Below are positions 29,229 through 42,560 of a stretch of DNA of 64,000 nt, piece by piece. The stretch lies in assembly GCA_951406725.2 (NCBI GenBank), contig OX597822.1:67642001-67706000 (forward strand), read 5' to 3'. Source of the stretch: Octopus vulgaris. Taxonomy: Eukaryota. Below the pieces are notes generated by a model. The model did no database searches, was not told where the DNA came from, and saw only the letters and a program-made list of their open reading frames with translations. Each line of letters starts with the position of its first letter. The first letter of the stretch is position 1. A program made the position numbers and the translations under genes.

Positions 29229-30070
29229 GCACACACATATATATGTATACGCACGCCCATACACACATATGAGTATATAAATGCGTTTGTGTGTGTATCT
29301 GTGTACGCGCGTGCGAATTGTATAAAAGAATGTGTGATTGGGTCCAGGAAGTACGCAAACGTGAAAAGGGATGGCGTTGGTAATATTTTGAACCCTTCTG
29401 TAAACAAAACATTGGCATTTCTTTAAGTAAATAAACACGGAGACAACCGTCTTCTGTTATTATAAATGGAATGCCGAAGTGGCTAACACTGGACGAAATA
29501 TGGTTCGGTTAAAGTATTTATGAAACAATGAGATGGAACAATTTAGACGTAAGGGGAAGGCCAAAAACACACTAAAATCAGTGAGAAGGAAACACGCAAT
29601 GAACATACTACAAAAAAAAAACGTGTTTGAAATAAGAATATGTAGCAAATCCTTAAGAGAATGGAGGAAATGTAGAAAGAAGGTTGTGTGAAATGTTTGT
29701 GGGACAAAGAAAAAAACAATGACGGGTGATGGTGTTGGGTGTCCCGGCTTGCTATTGTCGCTAAAGTGTCTCCTTCTCTCGCACCCATATATACGTCCAC
29801 ACAAGCATATATATCTGCATGTGTGTGAGTTTGTGTGTGTTTCTGTCTGTGTGTGTGTGTGTATGTGTTTGTGGGTGTGTCTGTGTGTGCATGTATGTGT
29901 GTATTGGGGCAGTCGGGGTTGGGGGAGCATGGGCTTAAAATTGTCCAATAGGCTTTCATGAGTCAGAAAAAACTGAAATCTATCCTCCTACCTAACTATC
30001 AATCAATCATCAATCAATCAATCAATTAATCAACCAACTTGTCAATCTATTTATCAATCTCTTTCTCCCA

Positions 30071-30119
<49 letters not shown>

Positions 30120-31057
30120 TATGTATATATATATACTATAATGGAGAATGCTGCTTATTATTTAGGTATAAGCACTAAGAAAGTTCCTATAATTTCGATT
30201 TCTCGGGTTTACTGAATTTTTTAACTCCAAGTTCTTGCATATTTAAATATTCATTGCATTCACTGCGGAGTATTCCAGTTTTATTTGCAAAGTTTCACTT
30301 CCTCTTTTAATGTTTTTATTTCAAGTTTTAATTCACTATTTTGAGAGCATTTATTCTATTAATGTATACGTAATGTAAAAACATTATTTTTTGAATGAAA
30401 ATTGTTTTAAACACCCGTATAACTTTTGTAAAAAAAATATGAGTGATTTTGTTGTTTCGGCTGTTTGGAACGCTATAACCTTATAATAATAACGATCCTA
30501 TTGTAACCATTTTCCCTTTTCACTCTTACATGTATTGATATTTTTTCAATATTTTCCCCCCATTAAACATATTTTATGGAATAACGATGCCGAAGTAACA
30601 CACGCGTAGTCCATTGGTGAAAAAGAAACAACAAAATGAATTGTAATTGTTACCCCCAGCCTCGCTTTGAAACTGCGACCTGTTCACTGACAAAACTTCG
30701 TGCTAATCACTTTTGTAAAGTTATCACAGTGAACAGGTCGCGGTTTCAAAGCGACGGAAATATTTTGACACAAATTTAATTTAAATGTTGAAGTCAAACT
30801 AACAGTTTTTGTGTGTTCTTGAATAGCTTACAAACATCTTCCACGCTGCAATTGTACTTGTTTCAGCACACTAAGATCAAGTCACTTGCTATGCAAGTAC
30901 TTCTCTGTAATTTTTTTAAAATCACTGTGGATAAATGCCAGCGATGTCCTTCTCAGGCTCTCCAATATTTTAAAGTCTAAACAGAAACAATCGGGGGCAG
31001 GGTAATATTTTGAACTCTTCTGTAAACAAAACATTGGCATTTCTTTAAGTAATTTGA

Positions 31058-31400
31058 ATGCGGCCATGCTGGAGCACCGCCCTTAGTCGATCAAATCGAC
31101 CCCAGTACTTATTCTTTGTAAGCCTAGTACTTATTCTATCGGTTCCTTTTGCCGAACCACTACGTTACGGAGACGTAAACATACCACCATCGGTTGTCAA
31201 GCAATGTTGGGGGGACAAACACAGACAAACATATACGCACACATACATATATATACATATATACGACGTGCTTCTTTCAGTTTCCGTCAACCAAATCTAC
31301 TCACAAGGCTTTTTCGGCCCGAGGCTATAGTAGTAGACACTTGCTCAAGGTGCCATGTGGTTGGTAAGCAAGCTACTTACCACACATCACTCCTACGGCT
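31058..31400 (-). mobile_element. SINE family B with internal deletion
   Basis: Reverse complement of family B; head partly deleted. Confidence 0.85.
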
Positions 31401-31401
31401 A

Positions 31402-32189
31402 TTACCGATTGACCGTCGTCCCTTGTCCCGACCGCTGGTTGGCCAAGCTGGTGCACTTGCTCTTCAACTTTCTGTAGAAGGGTCAAGTACCACTGGTCAG
31501 GTGCTCCATCTGCTGTCGACAGCCGCTGAACGGAGGCCTTGGCATGCCGTGGTTGCTGATGCGCTGACATGCACTCAGGCTATGGCATCTTAAGCTTTTC
31601 CTGGACGGTGAACAGGTGTGGTCGCGTATCGGACGGATCAGGCTAACAGCTGAATCCATAGTGAAGATTGCACCGCCGACCTCCTTTAACCGGGAGGCAA
31701 TTTTCCTTTGTCTAGTGGTTGTAGCGAAAGAGGTGGTATGGTGGACCCATTTGAAAGGCCTAAAGTCATACACTTTCCTCTTTGGCCAAGGCCTCAGCAA
31801 CTTTTTCAAGTTCCACTTCAAAAGGAAGATGAAGTGCTGTCTCATAGCAAATTTAGTGAAAGGTGGGTGAATGTCTGTAAAATGGTCAGTATGAACAGAC
31901 CAATTCTGAGATTACACCTGTAAAAAAAAGGTAATATAAAAGGAGAAGGGGTTCTCTACCCCTTTTTGACCAGGCTCCCGTGGCTTTTATGGGTTTTTCC
32001 ACGAGTAACCTTTCGAAGTGCCTCCCCCTATTGGAAGTTCTTTATAATTGTTACATTTTTTGCTGTTTTCTAATGCTTACACGGACCTTTCTATCGGACA
32101 AAACCCTTTGTACTTTTCGTCCTGTGTTTGTCCTTACAGGTTTTTTGACTTATGTTAGCACTTGTGGCCAATAAAACCATAATTTATTA

Positions 32190-32230
<41 letters not shown>
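31402..32230 (+). mobile_element. L1/Tx1-clade LINE 3' fragment with 3' UTR, AATAAA and (TAT)n tail
   Basis: PCPDRWLAKLVHLLFNFL*KGQVPLVRCSICCRQPLNGGLGMP (FLW.G...GGLG.P motif), then SRIGRIRL...KEVVWW..., FSERW; AATAAA at 32170-32175 followed by (ATT)n. Confidence 0.78.
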
Positions 32231-32252
<22 letters not shown>

Positions 32253-32482
32253 GCATATATATTTTTTTTTTCAACAACATTGAGGAACGGCCCTTTAATT
32301 TCTGAATTACTACTATTTAGTGGTTTGAGTCTTGGCTGCTCTTTCTAGTGGGTCGAATGGCCTATCGGGGCCGTTCCTCAATGTTGTTGAAATTATATAC
32401 ATAGTCTGTGACTATTTTCTCTTTCTCACTAGACCGCTGGTGGCAAAAAATTTCTATTGATTTTTTACTACCCTTATATTGA

Positions 32483-32535
<53 letters not shown>

Positions 32536-32616
32536 TTGAGGGAATATTATTCCTAACTTATAAAGAAAAATTCAATTTAGAAATATAAATCAAATTTCAC
32601 AAAATATAATTTGCTG

Positions 32617-32871
32617 TAAATTAGAAAAAAACCCCACCTCTTATCAATTCAGAATGAAAAAATTAAATTACACCATCTAGAAAATTACATATAATAGAAA
32701 TATTAAATATAAGATTAAAATGATATACCGATGATTAAGATTCTGCACATTACTTAATCATCGGTATATTATTTTTATCTTATATTTAATATATCTATTA
32801 TATGTAATTTTCTAGATGGTGTAATTTAATTTTTTCATTTTGAATTTATAAAAGGTGGGGTTTTTTTTCTA

Positions 32872-32876
<5 letters not shown>
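32617..32876. repeat. Long imperfect palindrome (~123-bp arms, 13-nt loop)
   Basis: 32617-32739 is the near reverse complement of 32753-32876. Confidence 0.9.
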
Positions 32877-32927
<51 letters not shown>

Positions 32928-33409
32928 TTTTGCTTGAAAAACGTAAGCCAACTGGAAACGATATATCCTGGGGCTAAATAGCAGTAGCACTCGACCCTTT
33001 CTTGGCAATGTCACATTAAGTTGGCAACAAACCATCACTTTAAATATATATATATGCATGCATGCATGTATGTATCTATGAACGCTTACTCAGAAAGATC
33101 GTCCGTCTCTCATCTCCCACACGTGTAGCAAGACGCATAAAACTGACAAGATCATAGTTTATGTGAAGACTGGGTTGGGCGAGCCAAATGTGCTTGTCTT
33201 CGCATGTGTACCCTCCTCCCTCATATCTATAGCATATATGCTTATATGCCTACGCCTCTATAAGTTTGTGTGCCTTGTTGACCTTCAATTTCTTGAAGTC
33301 TCACATTTCAAAAGATGACATTTTTCATTAACCCTTTATAATGCTCCTCTATCCTATCAGATCGTTAAAGACGGTGCTTATAACGATTAAAATTGTTATC
33401 AATAGTGTC

Positions 33410-33410
33410 T

Positions 33411-33471
<61 letters not shown>

Positions 33472-33486
33472 TACTATTATTATTAC

Positions 33487-33565
<79 letters not shown>

Positions 33566-33698
33566 ATTGTTGTTGTTGTTATTATTATTATCGTTATTAT
33601 TATTATCATTATTATTATTGTTGTTGTTGTTGTAGTTGTTGTTATTGTTGTTGTTGTTATTATTATTCTTATCATTATTATTATTATAATTATTATTA

Positions 33699-33796
<98 letters not shown>

Positions 33797-34604
33797 TAGG
33801 CGGTGAGCTGGCGGAATCGTTAGCACGCCGGGCGAAATGCTCAGCGGTATTTCGCCCGCTGCTACGTTCTGTGTTCAAATTCCACCGATGTCGACTTTGT
33901 CTTTTATCTCTTCGGGGTTGATAAAATAAGAGCCAGTTGAACACTTGGGTCGATGTAATCGACTCATTCCTTGCCCTCAAAATTGCGACCCTCGTGGCAA
34001 AATTTGAAACTATTATTATTATTATTATTATTACTATTATTATTATTATTGAGTGAGAGAGTAGCGTATGCCATCAAAGTGACACTGGGGTAAAATATAC
34101 GAAGCCCAGTGTACCCATCATTAGTAACCGTCTGATAAGGGTACACTAGGCACATGCATCAAAACCATATGTGCGCGAACTTGGTGATCTCGTATCAAGA
34201 TAAACAGCACGTGACCTTGCAGGTGGGGCCCAGTTAGAATTTTCTTCTGGTCTAGTACCTCATCCCGCTCAAATGCTCTCTGAATAAGGGTTGTTTAAGG
34301 ATGTTGAACAAAACACCCATGTTTCCAGAGGTGAATTATTCAAACCCGAAAGAATTCCTCTCAGCACATGGCTATGATGCTCCCCCACTACTTCTGCTCG
34401 TGATCAGAGATGCACATATCGTCAGCCACCAAGGGACATGCTCAACTGGTTAAGGTCAAGCAACTGACAAGCAAATCTGTGGTATTGAGCAGAATATTTG
34501 CTGTAGCCCATCTTTTATACTAGGACAAAACAATGTACATGATAACACTTCCAATGAATTAAGATGAGAAGCCATGAGAATCACTGTCTGATACTGTATC
34601 AGGG

Positions 34605-34673
<69 letters not shown>

Positions 34674-34909
34674 CATTATTATTATTATTATTGCTATTAT
34701 CGTTATTATTATTGTTATTGTCATTATCGTTGTTATTATTATTATTATTATTATTATCGTTATCGTTAATATTATCATCATCATTATTATTATTATCATT
34801 ATTATCATTATTATTATTATTATTATCATGATTATAATTATTATTATCATGATTATTATTATCATTATTATTAAGATTATTATTATCGTTATTATTATTA
34901 TTATCGTTA

Positions 34910-34956
<47 letters not shown>

Positions 34957-35096
34957 GTTATTATTATCATTATTACTATCATTATTATTATTGTTATTAT
35001 TATTATTATCATTATTATTATCATTATTATTATTGTTATCATTATTATTATTATTATCATTATTATTTTTATTATCATTATTATTATTATTATCGG

Positions 35097-35183
<87 letters not shown>

Positions 35184-35310
35184 TTATTATTATTATTATC
35201 ATTATTATTATTATCGTTATCATTATTATCATTATTATTATTATCGTTATCATTATTATTATTATTATTATTATTGTTATTATTATTATTATTGTTATTA
35301 TTATTATTGC
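33410..35310. repeat. (TAT)n/(TGT)n/(TAC)n trinucleotide field with embedded elements
   Basis: Direct reading; contains SINE A and a 560-bp complex block. Confidence 0.9.
33799..34010 (+). mobile_element. SINE family A monomer inserted in (TAT)n
   Basis: GGCGGTGAGCTGGCGGAATCGTTAGC head, core, tail-2-like end. Confidence 0.88.
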
Positions 35311-36044
35311 TATTATCAATCGTCTTTGCCCCTGCGGCTAATAAAAGAAATGGCTGTTATTATTAATACTTGTCTATTAACATTATCACAGAATTTTTCT
35401 TATCGTCGTAGATACTTAAGACGTTGCATATATCTTTTCTTTGGTATTTTCTATTATAGCTTCACAGGTTTTAAATATTACTTTCACATTTGCTTAAAAC
35501 TGTCTTCCAAAACTCACTTAACGTAGATAGCCATCACCCCACCCCCGCCCATTCCACCTTCAAGCTTTTCTTCGCTTCACTTCGCCTTTCATTATGACAT
35601 TTCAATCTAAACTGCAGGTGTGGCGTGGAGGTAGCGGTGCTGGACGGAATGGTTATATTCCACGAAGGAAATTGAGTTGATGGGCGAGAATTGTTGGTTA
35701 GGACTGTGTGTCTGGATTTTTAAGGAGGAATTGGTTATAGTTCTGAGAGGAGAGTAAATAGATTCAAGGGTTGTGGTGCACCCACCTCACCCCCCAACGG
35801 TTGTGTTGATGATAGAGGGGGTACTTTGTCGTGCACCTGGTGTTGGCTGTGATGGTCATGGTTGTAGAGGTGGATTTACATGGTGATTGCAGTGTGGAAG
35901 GGTTTAATGGGATTGTAGTGTGAAAGGGCTTGTGATTGTGCTATTAGTAAGACGTTTATGATAATGTAGGTTCACGGTGAATAGGGTTGATGGAAGGGCT
36001 GTGATGGGGTGTGTTACTGGTCGTCGTAGTGGTGATAGTGGCGG

Positions 36045-36900
<856 letters not shown>

Positions 36901-37169
36901 CAACACCACCACCATCACAAGCAACTGCAACTACAACGGCAACAACGGCAGGTTTAGCAAGGACAGTCATTCTTGAAGTTTTGGTATCCCACGCTCAAGG
37001 ATTTTCTACAGGTAACCGTCACGTCTGGCTTGTTGTGTCCTTGAAGAAAGAATGTTTCAATCGGCTCAACGTAAATTGTATTGTCATTTCTTGCAGTCAT
37101 TACAAAAGGAAATAAAACAAATAATTACATCATTCTTAATTAAAAACCTTTATCTCTATCGATAATAGA

Positions 37170-37225
<56 letters not shown>

Positions 37226-37367
37226 AATATAAGAGAGTGGTCACTATATGGCTCACTCTAGCACCAGTTAATCCAAAAGGTTTCAACCACAAAAATACAT
37301 GTTTCCCATGAAAGTCAGTACGATTGTTAGCTCACACGGACAGGGCAAATAAAAAATAACAAAAATA

Positions 37368-37463
37368 CAGATTATTTTGGGACAATTGTTTCGCTATTAA
37401 TGAATTAAATGTAATTTTACTTACAAAAAAATCCACTTGTAGCTCGTCAGCCAAAACTATCTG
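37368..37463 (-). ncRNA. Type I hammerhead ribozyme, canonical core, 51-nt stem II domain
   Basis: Minus strand: CAGATAGTTTTGG-CTGACGA-GCTA...TAGC-GAAA-CAATTG-TC|CCAAAATAATCTG; 13-bp stem I with one mismatch and one wobble; palindromic stem III ACAATTGT; predicted cleavage between 37381 and 37380. Confidence 0.85.
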
Positions 37464-37902
37464 GATGAAATCCACTCAATCACACGCCAGATTTTACCAT
37501 AACGATAAATACGCGTGTGGTTCAATTGATTACACCCGACGTTATAATTCAAATGCCCCAACTAACAGCGCGCCAAACTTTCACGGAAAACAAATACAGC
37601 ATTTAGAAATAAATGCAGCATAATTATAATTAATTAATAAGGGTGAGATAATTAGATATATATATATATACACACATATACATATGTATAGAAATAAGGA
37701 TAAGATCGTTATTTAAATATCGAACTTATCAGGTGGCCAGCATGGAAATAAAAACCTTCAAAGGTAACAAGAATTATTAAAAATGATAATTTAGAGTATG
37801 TTGGGCGCATACGTGCATATATATGTATGAATGCATTCGTATATGTGAGTATACGTATGTTGTATATATATATATATATATTTGTATTTATGTACTGTGT
37901 AT

Positions 37903-37960
37903 ATTCCACTGATGAAGCAAAGCATTTCTTATGCAGAACCAGAAATCCGGGATCTGGAAT
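37903..37960 (+). ncRNA. Hammerhead motif with unpaired stem II base
   Basis: ATTCCA-CTGATGA-[26 nt with GCAT/ATGC hairpin]-GAAA-TCCGGGA-TC|TGGAAT; perfect 6-bp stem I. Confidence 0.55.
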
Positions 37961-38104
37961 TATCCAGTATTCTTTTACTAGTTTATTTTGTCTTTTTGTC
38001 TTCTCTCCTGATGCTGTATGAACATTTAAGGTGGTTTTAGAATCACGTTTTGGCTGCTATTTCAAGCGTGGTCGTATCTCCTAGATACCCTAAATTATAA
38101 TTAC

Positions 38105-38135
<31 letters not shown>

Positions 38136-38178
38136 CATATGTATATATATATGTATACATATACATATATACACACAT

Positions 38179-38218
<40 letters not shown>

Positions 38219-38543
38219 GCATATATAAGCATATACATGAGTGTGTGTATATATGTATATACCTGTTTATATATGTATACATGCATATATGCGTGTGTAT
38301 GTATTCCTAAACAATATTCAATAATCAATATTCTAATCAAGATTATCTAAATAGTTATGAATTTCGATTAATCATTCTCTCAGCTGATAGAATCTATAAT
38401 GCGAGTTTTGCTTATATAATTTTCTCCTTATGATCTTCACATACATACATACATACATACATACATACATACATACATACATACATACATACATACATAC
38501 ACACACATACATACGTACATAAACACACAAATATATATATGTA

Positions 38544-38608
<65 letters not shown>

Positions 38609-39670
38609 TAAAGACAGAGAGAGACAGAAACATATACCTATATATATGTGTGTGTATGTATGTATAATAAACCTTTACATAAATAAATAACATGAAATAC
38701 ACGAAGGGGCGAACAAAAAGACAAACGGGTCATTCAAAACCTTCATTCTTCAGTCAGAAACTGATCCCTCATCGCAGATTTCGGCTGTTTAATTCTGAGA
38801 TCCGCTCTGAATCAGCCAGCCACAGAAGGAAAGAATGCAACGCAACAGAGACGAACATGAAACGAAAAATCTTTTTGGGAGACAGTAACGGTTAAAAACA
38901 TGGATGACACAGGCGCCCTACGGCTTTGAGACAAAAAGAGAGATACAAAAACAATATCAGCAAGCGTGGAAAAATAATTATATATATATATATATATATA
39001 TATAGTGGAAAAACGCTAGCGATAGAAGCAAATCAAATTTTGATATATAGAATATGGACGTGGAAATAGCACAGAAGTAAATCTAAGGCAGTTCAGTTTA
39101 GAGAGAATTTAATAAACTTATTTTTTTAAATTATATAAAGAAAATATGGAATATTACTGGTTTCCATGATGAATCTCATCTTATCGAATATTAGTAAACA
39201 TTTATAAAAGTTTGAAGTAAAAATAATTTATCTTCTGTTTGGTGGAGGAGAATCAAAAATATGTCTGGATTTTTTTCGTTGAAGTCTTCTTCAAATATAG
39301 TTTGGCATAGAGTTCAAGGTGTTAGAGGGGGTGTAGTTGTCTATTGTCTAAAAGGTACTTTTGTGGTTTCCTGCCAAGGGAGTCAGTTAAACGCATTTAT
39401 TGAACGGGTTTTATGTTCACCAGTGTGCTTGTCAGTGTGAGTGTATGTGTGTGTCTATGTCTATAGAATGCTCAAAATAAGGAATAGATAGACAACCGAC
39501 AACTGATGAAGGGCCCTTTTTCTGTGTTAACTAGTCCTGTTTTCCATTTTTTCTCGTTATTTGCGTATTTCAATCGTTTTGTTCCCATAATCACTGTCCA
39601 CGTCTTGTATCTATCTCTCGTGTATATGTTATTTGCACCGTTGGTGACATCCTGTACCCATACATGCATG

Positions 39671-39702
<32 letters not shown>

Positions 39703-40342
39703 CATACATACATACATACATACATACATACATACATACATACATACATACATACATACATACATACATACATACATACATACATACATACATGCATGCA
39801 TATATAAAACTGGATAAACTGGGATTTTCAGGAAGAGAAATCGACCGACTAATTTATACATTATAAGTGCAATCTGTGAGTGGAACAGTAAAAATATGCT
39901 TCTCTCAAGTTCCAAATGTGAATTTGTCTGTGCTTACTAGATTCCAAAGATGGAGCCTTGTATCCTTCTTGGAAACCGGCTCCCTCCTCAGGGGAAGATT
40001 TATAATAGTTAAAAAAATAGAAGAAACATACATATATGCATGCATAAAATATCGTTCCCTCCTAAGTGTCATACTGTCAAAACCCCCCTAATTCAGTTCG
40101 CTTTGAACTATAATTATAGAAATAACTTGAATAAAGCTGCATAGACTCTGAACTGGATGAACCACCTAGATGCAAACGTAAACCACATTGCAGCAGAAAC
40201 ATATGTCGGACAGATTTAAATTAAATATACTGAATAATTGACCATAATACATGTATGTATGTATGTATGTATGTATGTATGTATGTATGTATGTATGTAT
40301 GTATGTATGTATGTATGTATGTCTACATGTATGTATGTATGT

Positions 40343-40690
40343 GTGGAGGCGCAATGGCCCAGTGGTTAAGGCAGTGGACTCGCGGTCGTAGGTTCGCAGT
40401 TTCGATTCCCAGACCGGGCGTTGCGAGTGTTTATTCAGCGAAAACACCTAAAGCTCCACGAGGCTTCCGCAGGGGGTGGGGTGAACCCTGCCGTACTCTT
40501 TCGCCACAACTTTCTCTCACTCCTTCTTCCTGTTTCTGTTGTACATGTATTTCAAAGGGCCAGCCTTGTCACGCTGAATCTCCCCGAGAATTACGTGAAG
40601 AGTACAAGTATCTGTGGAGTGCTCAGCCACTTTCACGTTAATTTCACGTGCAAGATGTTCCGTTGATCGGATCAACTGGAACCCTCGTTC
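40343..40690 (+). mobile_element. SINE family C (tRNA-like head), 3' end rearranged
   Basis: GGCGCAATGGCCCAGTGGTTAAGG...GTTTCGATTCCC head; body shared with 46703-47023 and 58044-58359. Confidence 0.88.
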
Positions 40691-41789
40691 CAGTTGATCC
40701 GATCAACGAGATCAACGGAACATATATATATATACACACACACATACTATATACACATATGTATTTCTGTATACATATATATATATATATATATATGCGT
40801 ATGCATGCACACACTTACACACGCAGATACACACAAAGAAACAATTTTCGCTTCATTTGTTATTTTCTTCGTAACCGTTGTCGTAACCGACGGAGCGCCA
40901 GAAAGAAATGTATGTATGTATGTATGAGAGGTTGCTTTTGCAGAACTTCAAAGGCGGGTCAACTTGCAATGTATATTCCGACATTTTTCATCCTGAGTTC
41001 AATGCCGACCATGGATTACCTATATGTTAGACTTAAACCATCACTTGGTTTATTCCCTTCTACATGGCGCCCGGGTGCTTCTAGTGGAGGCCACTCTAAG
41101 TGCCGCTAGCGTAGACCAACCTGTTGTAAGTATTCGTACCATGTTCTTTATCTCTGTATCACACAATTCTTGGAGGCCCTCTAACGGATCACAAGGCGCT
41201 ATCATTCCGCATAACAAAATTAAGAGAAACGAAAAAAAAAAAACAAAACAAAAACAGAAACCACGCAGACAAACAGAGAAATGTCTGAATTATTCAAGAA
41301 GATATTCTTTCTAAAAATCCTTTCGGTTATTTCGGAAATACAATTCGAAATTTAACTTATTATAGATATTTTTATGTTTTCCCAAAAGTCTGTAAATGTG
41401 TGTATATTATGTATGCATTCGCTCATGGATATATAAGTTGGCAGGTTTATTACTTAACACAATAGGCTGTAGTCCTTGATCGTTTCTCGGGGCAGATTAC
41501 GTGAGAGAAAATAGTAAGAAAAGACGCGTTCAACTGGTGTGCTAAATGTTTTTATCTGCTCAATATTTCCTAAACAAAAGGCCTGCTATATAATTATTTC
41601 TAAACATAATTTACAGTTGACTTAATATCAACAAGAATGGATTTACAAATTGCTGTTGGCGTTATTGTTATTTCTTCTGAAATTGTTTGCTCATCTCTAT
41701 TAAAATTTAATTCAATCTTAAAACTTTATCTTTAAACTAAACACTTTGCTAAATATCTGATCGGTATGTTTCTTTTTTTATTGTTATTA

Positions 41790-42056
41790 ACTGTAGGTAT
41801 GTGTGCACGCATAAACACTCATACATTTGTATACAAACACAGATACATGTATACATACATGTATACATACATGCATACACAGATACTTGTATACATACAT
41901 GCACATAAAGACACAGACATACACACAGACAGACACATATTTACATACAGCATATTTAATGGACATAGCTGTGATTGTGTGCATGCGTAGCACGTAGATA
42001 CCTGCATACACGCGTATACATATATATATATATATATGAACATATACATGCACACA

Positions 42057-42116
<60 letters not shown>

Positions 42117-42428
42117 TTTACACATATATATATGTATACATACACTTATACATATACATGTATACATACATATATACGTATATATATGTGTATGTGTGTG
42201 TATGCATATACATTCATATATATATATGCATATATATATGCATATATATATACACATATACATATATATTTACACACACACATATATGTATATACATATA
42301 TATATATATATATATTTATATACGTATATATATGTGTGTGTATGCATATACATTCATATATATATGCATATATATATACACATATACATATATATATATA
42401 TATGTGTGTACGTATATAAATATATATA

Positions 42429-42510
<82 letters not shown>

Positions 42511-42560
42511 CATACTATATACACATATGTATTTCTGTATACATATATATATATATGTAT
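41790..42560. repeat. (TA)/(CA) cryptic microsatellite field
   Basis: Direct reading. Confidence 0.9.

Noticed and set aside
32300-32366. HDV-like ribozyme suggested by CGAATGGCC
   Set aside because: Could not assemble P1, P2 and P3 pairings.
38765-38830. Hammerhead-like scaffold on minus strand (stems TCCTT/AGGGA, GGCTG/CAGCC, GAAA)
   Set aside because: Core reads CTGTGGCT and position 17 is G; at best a dead relic.
39925-39998. CTGAGGA plus GGAGCC/GGCTCC stem on minus strand
   Set aside because: No GAAA directly after stem II and no stem I pairing.
40343-40420. tRNA gene
   Set aside because: The tRNA-like head lacks a complete cloverleaf and acceptor stem and continues into a SINE body found in several copies.
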